From positions 3,296,001-3,360,000 of the forward strand of contig OZ220691.1 of assembly GCA_965116475.1 (NCBI GenBank): a stretch of 64,000 nucleotides of DNA. The letters run 5' to 3'. Shown in pieces: positions 53,360 to 61,950 of this stretch; the first letter of the stretch is position 1; every line of letters begins with the position of its first letter. The notes beneath the pieces were generated by a model. That model was not told where the DNA came from and did no database searches. It saw nothing but the letters and a program-made list of their open reading frames with translations. The position numbers and the translations under genes are program-made. This stretch comes from Gemmatimonadota bacterium. GTDB taxonomy: Bacteria > Gemmatimonadota > Gemmatimonadetes > Palauibacterales > Palauibacteraceae.

Positions 53360-53776
53360 ATGAACCGACTCAGCGCGGCGCTCGTCGCCGTCTCGTTGTC
53401 CTCGGGCTGCGCCAGTTACCATACGGTCGTGAAGACCGGCGTCGAACCCGGGCCTCGACAGGTCGAAGACAAGTGGGCGGACAGCTGGGTCGGCGGCCTC
53501 GTGCCGCCGGACTCCGTAGACGCCGAGCCCGGGTGCGGCGATGGCGGCGTGGCCGTCGTCGAGACCAAAATCTCCTTTCTGAACGCGCTGGTTTCGACGC
53601 TCACGCTCGGCATCTACTCACCCATGGAGATCATTGTGACGTGCGGGAGCGCCGAAGAGACGGGCGAGACGCAGCCGGACCATGACGAAGCCTCCCCGTC
53701 ACCTTCGTCGAATCCCCACGGACCGTCGACGCCCGACGGACCGAAGCAGGGCTCCAACCGCTCCGGTGGAGGCTGA
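53360..53776 (+). CDS. Bor/Iss family lipoprotein
   Basis: Lipobox SSGC, C..GGVAVVET..SFLN..V..LTLGIYSP...VTC. Confidence 0.85.
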   Translation: MNRLSAALVAVSLSSGCASYHTVVKTGVEPGPRQVEDKWADSWVGGLVPPDSVDAEPGCGDGGVAVVETKISFLNALVSTLTLGIYSPMEIIVTCGSAEETGETQPDHDEASPSPSSNPHGPSTPDGPKQGSNRSGGG

Positions 53777-53861
53777 CGAGCCGCCTTCCCCCGCCCCGGA
53801 AGCGGCGTCTATCTTCGGCGGACAATCATCCGTCGTCCTCGACTACGCCCGGAGCCAGGCC

Positions 53862-56800
53862 ATGAATCGCATCCCGCGTCTGTTCGTTTCGCTGCTGGCG
53901 CTCTCCCTCTTCGCGCCATTCGCCGGTCCCGACCGCTCACGCCCCCTGGAGGCGCAGGAAGTCGCCCCGGGAGCGGTGACGCTCGACTCCGCGTTCCTGG
54001 CGGGTTACCGCTGGCGGAACCTGGGACCCGACCGGGGCGGACGTTCGATCGCCACGAGCGGCGTCGTGGGGCGTCCGCTGGAGGGCTACTTCGGGGCCAC
54101 CGGCGGGGGGCTGTGGAAGACGACGGACGGGGGCGAGAACTGGTTCCCCGTCACCGACTTCAAGATCACGTCCGCCTCGGTCGGGGCCGTCGCCGTCTCC
54201 GAGACCGAGCCGGACCTCGTCTTCATCGGCATGGGCGAAACCTGCATCCGCGGCAACATCATGCCGGGGGACGGCGTATACCGGAGCCGGGACGCGGGCG
54301 AGACGTGGGAGCATGTCGGGTTCTCCGAATCCGACGCCATCGCCACGATCCGCATCCATCCCACGGATCCGAACATCGTCTATGTCGCGTCGTTCGGGAA
54401 ATACAGCGTGCCGAGCGAGGAGCGGGGCCTCTTCCGGAGCACGGACGGGGGGGATACGTGGGAGCGCATCCTCTTCCGCGATGAGCGCACGGGCGCCGTG
54501 GACATCGCGCTCGACCGCAACAACCCCGATGTGATCTACGTGGCGCTGTGGGAGGCCTTCCGCAAGGAATACACCATGTCCTCCGGCGGCCCCGGAAGCG
54601 GGATGTTCAAGAGCACCGACGGGGGCGACACGTGGACGGAGATCACGCGGAACCCCGGCATGCCGGAGTCGGGGGTCGTGGGGAAGATCGGACTGGCCGT
54701 CTCGAGCGCGGATTCGGAGCGCGTGTACGCCCTGTTCGAGCACGCGGACGGAGGCCTCTTCCGCAGCGATGACGGCGGCGACACGTGGGAACTGGTGAAC
54801 GACGAGCGCCGCATCCGGCAGCGCGCCTTCTACTACACGCACGTCTATGCCGACCACCACGATCCCGACGTCGTGTACGTGCAGAACACTTCGCTCTTCC
54901 ACTCGACGGACGGTGGTGAGACGTACGAGGTGATCAACAACGGGACGCACGGGGACTTCCACGACTTCTGGATCAGCCCTGAGGATCCCGCGCACCTCAT
55001 CGTGGCGAACGACGGCGGCGGGGCGGTCAGCTTCGACACGGGGCAGCACTGGACGGACCAGGAGTTCTCGACCGCGCAGTTCTACCACGGCGTGACGACG
55101 GCCCACGTGCCCTTCCACGTCTGCGGTTCGCAGCAGGACAACTCGACGCTCTGCCTGCCGTCTGCCTGGAACGCGAGCCGGTTCGGCTTCGGCGAGGCGC
55201 CCCGGTTCGGCGGGGGCCAGCCCGCGAGCATCACCGAGGGTTCGATGGAGGTCGCGTACCGCGCCGGGGGCGGGGAACCGGGCTACATCGCGCCGGACCC
55301 GAAGGATATCGACGTCTTCTTCTCGGGGACGAACAACGGACGCTACCTCGACCGCTACAACCGCCGCCTCGGCACGTCGCGCGAGGTGAACCCCTATCCC
55401 TGGTTCTACTCCGGCGAGCCGGCGAGCGAGATGGTGGAGCGCTGGCAGTGGACGTTCCCCATCATCTTCTCCCCCATCGACCCGAACGTCCTCTACACCT
55501 CCTCGAACCGGCTCTGGAAGACGACGAACGGGGGCGACGACTGGGAGGCGATCAGCGGCGACCTGACGCGCGCGGACCCGATGACGCTGGGCCATTCCGG
55601 CGGGCCGATCACCGGGGACATGAACGGGCCGGAGGTCTACGCGACGATCTTCTCGGTCGGGCCGGGCAAGGTGGACATCGACGTGATCTGGGCGGGGTCG
55701 GACGACGGCCTCGTGCACGTGACGCGCGACGGCGGCGCGACGTGGACGAACGTGACGCCGCCGGACATGCCCGACTTCGGGCGCGTGAGCCAGATCGACG
55801 CGTCGGCGTTCGAGGCGGGCCGCGCCTACATCTCCGTGCGGAAGCCGCTCCTCAACGATCGCTCGCCCTACATCTGGAAGACGGACGACTACGGGGCGAC
55901 GTGGACGAAGATCGTGGACGGAATCCGGGACGTGGCCTACGTGCACGCGGTGCGCGAGGACCCGAACCGGGAGGGGCTGCTCTACGCCGGGACGCAGCAC
56001 GGCATGTACGTGTCGTACGACGACGGGGCGAACTGGCAGGAGTTGAACCCGGGGTTCCCGGACCTGCCGGTCTCGGACGTCATCGTGGAGCACAACGAAC
56101 TGGCGATCGCGAGCCACGGCCGCGGGTTCTGGGTGCTCGACAACCTGGCGCCGCTGCGACAGGCGCGCCCCGGGCTGACGGAGGAGGCGGTGGCGCTGTT
56201 CGATCCGGCCACCGCGTACCGCTCCGCCAACGGCGCGACGCTCTCGTGGTGGTTCCGGGAGGCGCCGGAGGAGGCGCGGCTCGAGATTCTCGACGCGTCG
56301 GGCGCCGTGCTGCGCACCTACGAGCCGGCCGCGCGCCCGGACCCGACGGCCGAAGGAGACTCGACGGCGGCGGAGGGCGAGGCGGCGCCGACCCCCGCCC
56401 GCGACCGCTGGGCCGGCCCCGCGATGCCGGCCGAGGCGGGGCTCAACATGCTGCAGTGGGACCTTCGCACCGCGCCCGCCGCGACCTTCCCCGGCATGAT
56501 CCTGTGGGGCGTGCGCACGATGTCGCCGGCCGTGCCGCCGGGGACGTACACGGTGCGGCTGACGGCGGATGGCGAGGTGCAAACGACGGAGATCGAGGTC
56601 GCCCGGCATCCGTGGATCGAGGATGTGACGGACGAGGACCTGCAGGAGCAGTTCGAGTTCGGGATGCGGATCCGGGCGCGGGTGAACGAGGCCAACTCGG
56701 CCGTGATCGCCATCCGGCGCGTGAAGTCGCAACTCGACGACCGGCTCGAAGCCTCGGACGACGCCGCGCTTGCGGAGGCCGCGGACGCCCTGCGGACGGC

Positions 56801-57104
56801 GGCTTCCGCGGTCGAGGGCGACATCTACCAGGTGCGGAACCGCAGCAACCAGGACCCGCTGAACTTCCCGATCCGCGTGAACAACCGGCTCGCGAACCTG
56901 CTCTCGATGTCGGAGCGGGGCGACGGCCGGCCCGGGAGCGGGATGTACGACGTGTTCGAGATCATGGTGGCCGAACTGGAGGGCTACACGACCCGCCTCG
57001 ACGAGGTGTGGCGCGTGGAGCTGGCCGCCGTGAACCGCGAGTTGGAGCGGCTGGGACTCGCCCCGGTGGATCCGGCCGACGAATCGGTCGAACTCGTCTC
57101 CTGA
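53862..57104 (+). CDS. Secreted VPS10/BNR (Asp-box) repeat glycosyl-hydrolase-like protein
   Basis: Signal peptide, WRNLGPDRGGR, many S/T-x-D-G-G-x-T-W boxes. Confidence 0.9.
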   Translation: MNRIPRLFVSLLALSLFAPFAGPDRSRPLEAQEVAPGAVTLDSAFLAGYRWRNLGPDRGGRSIATSGVVGRPLEGYFGATGGGLWKTTDGGENWFPVTDFKITSASVGAVAVSETEPDLVFIGMGETCIRGNIMPGDGVYRSRDAGETWEHVGFSESDAIATIRIHPTDPNIVYVASFGKYSVPSEERGLFRSTDGGDTWERILFRDERTGAVDIALDRNNPDVIYVALWEAFRKEYTMSSGGPGSGMFKSTDGGDTWTEITRNPGMPESGVVGKIGLAVSSADSERVYALFEHADGGLFRSDDGGDTWELVNDERRIRQRAFYYTHVYADHHDPDVVYVQNTSLFHSTDGGETYEVINNGTHGDFHDFWISPEDPAHLIVANDGGGAVSFDTGQHWTDQEFSTAQFYHGVTTAHVPFHVCGSQQDNSTLCLPSAWNASRFGFGEAPRFGGGQPASITEGSMEVAYRAGGGEPGYIAPDPKDIDVFFSGTNNGRYLDRYNRRLGTSREVNPYPWFYSGEPASEMVERWQWTFPIIFSPIDPNVLYTSSNRLWKTTNGGDDWEAISGDLTRADPMTLGHSGGPITGDMNGPEVYATIFSVGPGKVDIDVIWAGSDDGLVHVTRDGGATWTNVTPPDMPDFGRVSQIDASAFEAGRAYISVRKPLLNDRSPYIWKTDDYGATWTKIVDGIRDVAYVHAVREDPNREGLLYAGTQHGMYVSYDDGANWQELNPGFPDLPVSDVIVEHNELAIASHGRGFWVLDNLAPLRQARPGLTEEAVALFDPATAYRSANGATLSWWFREAPEEARLEILDASGAVLRTYEPAARPDPTAEGDSTAAEGEAAPTPARDRWAGPAMPAEAGLNMLQWDLRTAPAATFPGMILWGVRTMSPAVPPGTYTVRLTADGEVQTTEIEVARHPWIEDVTDEDLQEQFEFGMRIRARVNEANSAVIAIRRVKSQLDDRLEASDDAALAEAADALRTAASAVEGDIYQVRNRSNQDPLNFPIRVNNRLANLLSMSERGDGRPGSGMYDVFEIMVAELEGYTTRLDEVWRVELAAVNRELERLGLAPVDPADESVELVS

Positions 57105-57112
57105 ACGGCTGA

Positions 57113-57180
57113 AGGCCCGGGCCGACGTTCCTGCGGGAACGTCCTCCCGGGCCTCCGCTCAAGCTCCGGCTAGCCGGAGC
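57113..57180. terminator. Two hairpins between convergent genes
   Basis: AGGCCCGGG..GACGTTCC/GGAACGTC..CCCGGGCCT and palindrome GCTCCGGCTAGCCGGAGC. Confidence 0.55.
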
Positions 57181-57187
57181 GGGCTGC

Positions 57188-58147
57188 TCAGCCGGCTTCG
57201 GGGAGCTGGCTCACGAACTCGATCATGCGCTGCTGCTGGTCGTCGTCCGGGAGTCGGCCCATCCCGCCGCCCAGGTTGTCCACCATGTGTTCCGCGCGGC
57301 TCGTGGCCGGCGTTACGACGGTCACGGCGGGGTGCGCGGCCGCGAACTTGATGAAGAACTGGGCCCAGGAATGGGCGTCGAACTCGCTTGCCCACTCCGG
57401 CACCTCGCGGTCGCCCACGCGGGACCACAGGCGGGTGCGGCCGAACGGGACGTAGACGAGCACGCCGATGTTCAGCTCGGCCGCGAGCGGCAGGATCTCG
57501 TCGGCCGCGCTCACATTGTCGACCGCGTAGTCGATCCCGATGAAGTCGAGCGGGTAGTCCCGCATGGCCTGGATGAGCGCCGGGTACTGCCGCTTGCTCG
57601 TGCTCGTGATCCCGATGTAGCGCACGCGCTCCGCGGCCTTCAGCTCCTCGAGGATCCCCACCTGCACGGGAGGATCGCCCAGGTTGTGGACCTGAATGCA
57701 GTCGATGACGGGGACGCCGAAGTAGTCGAACGAGCGCTCGATCTGGGCCCGGGCCGCGTCCGGATCCGCGGACCCGCCGCCCCGCCCGGCCACGTTCACC
57801 TTGGTCGCCCAGAAGATGCGGTCGGAGATGCCGAGCCGCCGGCAGATGTCTCCCGCCGCCCTCTCGGACGCCCCACGCCCGTAGCTGGGTGCGGTGTCGA
57901 ACACCGAGCCGCCGCCGTCCACCAGTGCCTGCATGACGCCTTCGATCCGCGTGTGGTCGTCGCTGAGCGCCACGCGCTGGAAGGTTGCCGAACTCCCGAG
58001 GCCGACGATCGGCAGTTCCTCCCCGGTGGAGGGGATCGGCCGCGTGATCATCTCCTGTCCCGCGAACGCGCGCAGGATGCGGGGGTTGAGGGAGAGGGCC
58101 GCGCCCGCGGCGGCGGTGGAACGGAGCCAGTCGCGTCGAGTGAACAT
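57188..58147 (-). CDS. Aldo/keto reductase with twin-arginine signal peptide
   Basis: MFTRRDWL..AFA; DTAPSY, ATK, QVHNL tetrad motifs. Confidence 0.92.
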   Translation of the reverse strand: MFTRRDWLRSTAAAGAALSLNPRILRAFAGQEMITRPIPSTGEELPIVGLGSSATFQRVALSDDHTRIEGVMQALVDGGGSVFDTAPSYGRGASERAAGDICRRLGISDRIFWATKVNVAGRGGGSADPDAARAQIERSFDYFGVPVIDCIQVHNLGDPPVQVGILEELKAAERVRYIGITSTSKRQYPALIQAMRDYPLDFIGIDYAVDNVSAADEILPLAAELNIGVLVYVPFGRTRLWSRVGDREVPEWASEFDAHSWAQFFIKFAAAHPAVTVVTPATSRAEHMVDNLGGGMGRLPDDDQQQRMIEFVSQLPEAG

Positions 58148-58330
58148 CTTCGGATCGTCCTCGTGCTGGGGTTGTGACCGGGGCACCAGGCGTGCCTGTG
58201 CCGCGCCGCCGGTCGGGTAACACTGAGTAACACTTCACGCGGCCCAACCGCTGTACCGCCTTCGCTTCCCGCTCGCGTGCGGCCCCGGCGCGCGGGCCCG
58301 TGCCGGCCGGGACGCGCGGCCGGAGGTCTG

Positions 58331-58359
58331 TTGACCATGGTCATGACCATGGTTCTATT
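58331..58359 (+). promoter_or_regulatory. Probable TA promoter/operator
   Basis: 20-bp palindrome ACCATGGTCATGACCATGGT (58334-58353) overlapping TTGACC-N17-TCTATT. Confidence 0.7.
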
Positions 58360-58411
58360 GATGGTGCGTTGAGAGCAGGTGACAGACTTCGGAGCGGACG
58401 GTTGGCAACGG

Positions 58412-58696
58412 ATGGAATCGGATCACAAGCGGCCGGCGGGCGCCCCGCGGACCATCAAGGCCTCGGAGTTCAAGGCGAAATGTCTCAAGCTCATGGATGA
58501 AGTCGCCGAGACCGGCGAGGAAATCACCATCACGAAGCACGGTCGCCCCGTGTCGAAGCTCGTCCCCTGCCGCAAGAAGCCGGAGAGCTGGTTCGGACGG
58601 GACCGCGACATCATCCGTATCCACGGAGACATCGTGGCTCCGATCGATGTCGAGTGGGAGGCCACGACCGACAGGGGTCTGGATCTCGATCCGTGA
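58412..58696 (+). CDS. Phd/YefM family antitoxin
   Basis: IKASEFKAKCLKLMDEVAETGEEITITKHGRPVSKLVP. Confidence 0.93.
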   Translation: MESDHKRPAGAPRTIKASEFKAKCLKLMDEVAETGEEITITKHGRPVSKLVPCRKKPESWFGRDRDIIRIHGDIVAPIDVEWEATTDRGLDLDP

Positions 58697-59091
58697 TCCT
58701 GCTCGATACACAGATCGTCGTTTGGATCCGTACGGGCGACGGACGGCTTGGCAAGCGAGCCCGCCGTCGTATCGACAGGGCGCTCCAAGAGGGCGATCTG
58801 GCCGTATCCGCGATCTCGTTCTGGGAGATCGCCATGTTGCAGGAGAAAGCACGGCTCGAAATACGGCTGGACGTTGCCGCGTGGAGGCGCAGTCTCCTCC
58901 GGGACGGTCTGGTCGAAATCCCGGTGGACGGTGCGACTGGCATTCGGGCTACGCGCTTGCCCGACTTCCATTCCGATCCGGCGGACAGGCTCATCGTCGC
59001 CACGGCGATCGAGGGACACCAGTTGCTCACCGCCGACCGGCGCATCCTCGACTGGTCCGGCAGGCTGAGCCGGATCGATGCCTCGGAATAG
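58693..59091 (+). CDS. vapC: PIN-domain toxin
   Basis: ILLDT, SAISFWEI, HSDPADRLIVATA, LLTAD; GTGA overlap. Confidence 0.93.
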   Translation: MILLDTQIVVWIRTGDGRLGKRARRRIDRALQEGDLAVSAISFWEIAMLQEKARLEIRLDVAAWRRSLLRDGLVEIPVDGATGIRATRLPDFHSDPADRLIVATAIEGHQLLTADRRILDWSGRLSRIDASE

Positions 59092-59111
59092 GGCCGGGCG
59101 CAGCGCGAGGA

Positions 59112-60023
59112 TCAGCCCGCGCCAGCCTCCAGGGCGGCGACCTCGGTCATGATGCGGTCGAACTGGGTGGCGGCCCGGTTCGGGGCGAGGTTGCACAGGT
59201 AGGCGTGCGGGGCCCCGAGACGCCGGAGGGCGACGATCGTCTCCGCGCAGTGCCGCTCCGGCGTGACTCCGGCTTCGAAGGCCGACGCCACCGCTTCGAC
59301 CGGCACGGGGAAGAAGCGGGACAGCCGTTCCAGTACCGGCCGGCGGCCGTTCCGGTAGTAGAAGACGCCGAATGAGCCCGGTATCTCCAGCCGCGCGCGT
59401 CCGGCGTCTTCCAGCCAGCGCTCCGCCCGCGCCAGGTCGTGGTGGGACACGACTTGCGTGAGGTAGTAGTCCGCCTCGAACTCGGGGTCCGTGGCGAAGT
59501 CGATCTGCTCGGCGATGGGGCGGTGGAGGTTGACCCACCCGCCGAGTGACAGGCTCCGTGTCCGCTCACGGAACTTCCGCCGGAGCTGATATCCGTGGGG
59601 CACGCACCGTTCGGCCCCTCGCACCCTGTCTCCGCCCGTAACCGTGACGCTCTCGACGCCGCGCGCTCGTGCGCGGTCGACGTAGCGCAGGCAGTAGTCG
59701 AGGGGGTGGAGGCAGGTCAGGAAGGGGACGACCCGCCACGGTTCGACTTCGTTCGCGAGGTTGGCCGTCAGGTGCTGGAGGTTCTCCTCCTCCTCCTCGC
59801 CCACGGCGCTGTCCGTGAGCATGAGGAAGGCCTCGCGCGCCGCGAGACCGCGGATGGCATGAGAGAGGTCGATCCACATGTCCATCGCGCCGCCGCGCGT
59901 GAGTCCGCTCCGCGGCGGCCGGAGCTCGACCGTCATCGTCGGCGTCGCTCCACGCAGCCGCTCCACGAACCGGCTGGAGCCCGGTTCCCGGGAGGTGTGC
60001 CGGGGAGGTGTCGTGTCGTTCAC
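59112..60023 (-). CDS. Divergent MTHFR (MetF)-like protein
   Basis: TVELRPP, LTD, PFLTC, VTGGD, YYLTQ follow the MetF barrel motif order. Confidence 0.7.
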   Translation of the reverse strand: MNDTTPPRHTSREPGSSRFVERLRGATPTMTVELRPPRSGLTRGGAMDMWIDLSHAIRGLAAREAFLMLTDSAVGEEEEENLQHLTANLANEVEPWRVVPFLTCLHPLDYCLRYVDRARARGVESVTVTGGDRVRGAERCVPHGYQLRRKFRERTRSLSLGGWVNLHRPIAEQIDFATDPEFEADYYLTQVVSHHDLARAERWLEDAGRARLEIPGSFGVFYYRNGRRPVLERLSRFFPVPVEAVASAFEAGVTPERHCAETIVALRRLGAPHAYLCNLAPNRAATQFDRIMTEVAALEAGAG

Positions 60024-60189
60024 GCCGGAGGATCTCGCCTGGTTCGTCGCCTGACAGCCCGTGGCAAGGGCCCCGCGGGGCGGGGCTTCGGATCGAAGGA
60101 GGATGCGGTCCCGGAGTTCCGTTGCAAAGCCGGCGGTCGACGGTTCCGTTCCGAGGGGTCTCATGCACCGCGACCGGAGGAGAGTGCGG

Positions 60190-60756
60190 GTGAGGGAGGA
60201 AACGGCGAACGAAACGATCATCGAGGACGAGGCGCTGGCGGAGGACATCCTCACGCTCCTCGCCCGCACGCCCGGGACCGTGCGCGTGCTGCTCGAGGAC
60301 CTGCCGCCCGACCTCCTGCACGCCGACGAGGGCGAAGGGACGTTCAGCCCCTTCAGCGTGCTCGGACATCTTGTCCAGGGCGAGATCGACGACTGGATAC
60401 CGCGGGCGCGCTGGATCCTGGAACACGGGCGCGAACAAGCGTTTCCGCCGTTCGACCGGTTCGCGCATATCGAACGCACACGGGACCGCTCGCTGGATGA
60501 ACTGCTTACGGAGTTCGAGACCCTGCGCGAGACCGGACTCGCGGCGCTGAGGGAAGTGTTCGAAGGCGAGGCCGATCTGGACGCGGGCGGACTGCACCCG
60601 GAACTGGGCGAGGTCACGCTGCGGCAACTGCTCACCACCTGGGCCGTCCACGACCTGAACCACATCGCGCAGATCGCGCGCGTCGTCGCCCACCAGTTCG
60701 AGGACGAGGTCGGGCCGTGGAAGGCGTACCTCCCGATTCTCCACCACGACCGGTAA
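60190..60756 (+). CDS. DinB family protein
   Basis: LARTP, VLGHL..GEIDDWIPR, TWAVHDLNHIAQI; GGAGG RBS. Confidence 0.9.
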   Translation: MREETANETIIEDEALAEDILTLLARTPGTVRVLLEDLPPDLLHADEGEGTFSPFSVLGHLVQGEIDDWIPRARWILEHGREQAFPPFDRFAHIERTRDRSLDELLTEFETLRETGLAALREVFEGEADLDAGGLHPELGEVTLRQLLTTWAVHDLNHIAQIARVVAHQFEDEVGPWKAYLPILHHDR

Positions 60757-60767
60757 CGGCACGTTCG

Positions 60768-61862
60768 CTACGGTTTGCGGCGTCGCTCCGCTTCGGCCGC
60801 GCGGACGGCGGCGGCGAGGGAATCGGTGTACGGCGGGCGGTGGATGCCGCGCTCGGTGACGATGCCCGTCACGAGTTCGTGTGGCGTGATGTCGAAGGCG
60901 GGGCTGTAGACGCCGGCCTCCTCGGGGGCGAGTAGGGGGCCGAAGCCGCGGCGGACCTCGTCCGGGTCGCGGTGTTCGATCGGGATGTCGGCGCCGGTGG
61001 GCGTCCCGAGGTCCACCGTCGAGGTCGGCGCGAGCACGTAAAACGGCACGCCGTGGCGATGCGCCAGCACGGCCAGCGGGTAGGTGCCGATCTTGTTCGC
61101 CACGTCACCGTTGGCGGCGATGCGGTCGGAGCCCACGAAGGCGATGTCCGGCGGGTTCGAGGCGAAGAGCGACCCCGCCATGTTGTCGGCCAGCACGGTG
61201 ACCTCGATGCCGGCGCGGGCAAGCTCCCAGGCGGTGAGGCGGCTCCCCTGCAGGAGCGGGCGGGTCTCGTCGGCGAACACGCGCACCCGGCGGCCGGCCT
61301 CCGCCGCGACGTAGACCGGGGCGAGGGCCGTCCCGATGCCGCCTGTCGCGAGCGACCCCGCGTTGCAATGCGTGATCACGGACTCGCCGCCCGCAAGCAG
61401 CGCTGCCGCGTGCCCGCCGATCGCGCGGCACATGCGGCGGTCCTCCGCGTGGATGGCGTCGGCCTCGGCCGCCAGCGCCGCGGCCAGCTCTCCCGCGTCG
61501 CCGGGGGCTGCCTCCAGCCGGGCCCGCTGGCGGCGGACCGCCCACGCGAGGTTGACCGCCGTCGGCCGGGCGTTCGCGAGCCCCTCGGCCCAGCCGGCGA
61601 AGCGCTCCCGCAGCCCGTCCGCCGAGATGCCTTCGGCGGCGGACTGCCGCGCCAGGGCCGCGAGCCCGATGGCGGCCGTGATCCCGATGAGCGGCGCCCC
61701 CCGCACGCGCAGGCTGACGATCGCCTCGATGAAGTCCTCGAGGGTCGAGAGTTCCTTCTCCTCATGGACCGCGGGAAGGAGCGTCTGGTCGAGAATCAGC
61801 GCGCTCCGGCCCCCGGGAGCCCAGCGGATCGTCTCCGGCACCGAAAACTCACGATCGTTCAT
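60768..61862 (-). CDS. mtnA: S-methyl-5-thioribose-1-phosphate isomerase
   Basis: VRGAPLIG, RPTAVNL, THCNAG, DETRP, DRIAANGDVANKIGT. Confidence 0.95.
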   Translation of the reverse strand: MNDREFSVPETIRWAPGGRSALILDQTLLPAVHEEKELSTLEDFIEAIVSLRVRGAPLIGITAAIGLAALARQSAAEGISADGLRERFAGWAEGLANARPTAVNLAWAVRRQRARLEAAPGDAGELAAALAAEADAIHAEDRRMCRAIGGHAAALLAGGESVITHCNAGSLATGGIGTALAPVYVAAEAGRRVRVFADETRPLLQGSRLTAWELARAGIEVTVLADNMAGSLFASNPPDIAFVGSDRIAANGDVANKIGTYPLAVLAHRHGVPFYVLAPTSTVDLGTPTGADIPIEHRDPDEVRRGFGPLLAPEEAGVYSPAFDITPHELVTGIVTERGIHRPPYTDSLAAAVRAAEAERRRKP

Positions 61863-61950
61863 GCCGGGCAACCTATCCGGCGGCGGGAAAGGCGCTACCT
61901 TGACTGCCACGGGACGTCCCGCAGGGATCGAATGCAGTCCAGGAGGAATC

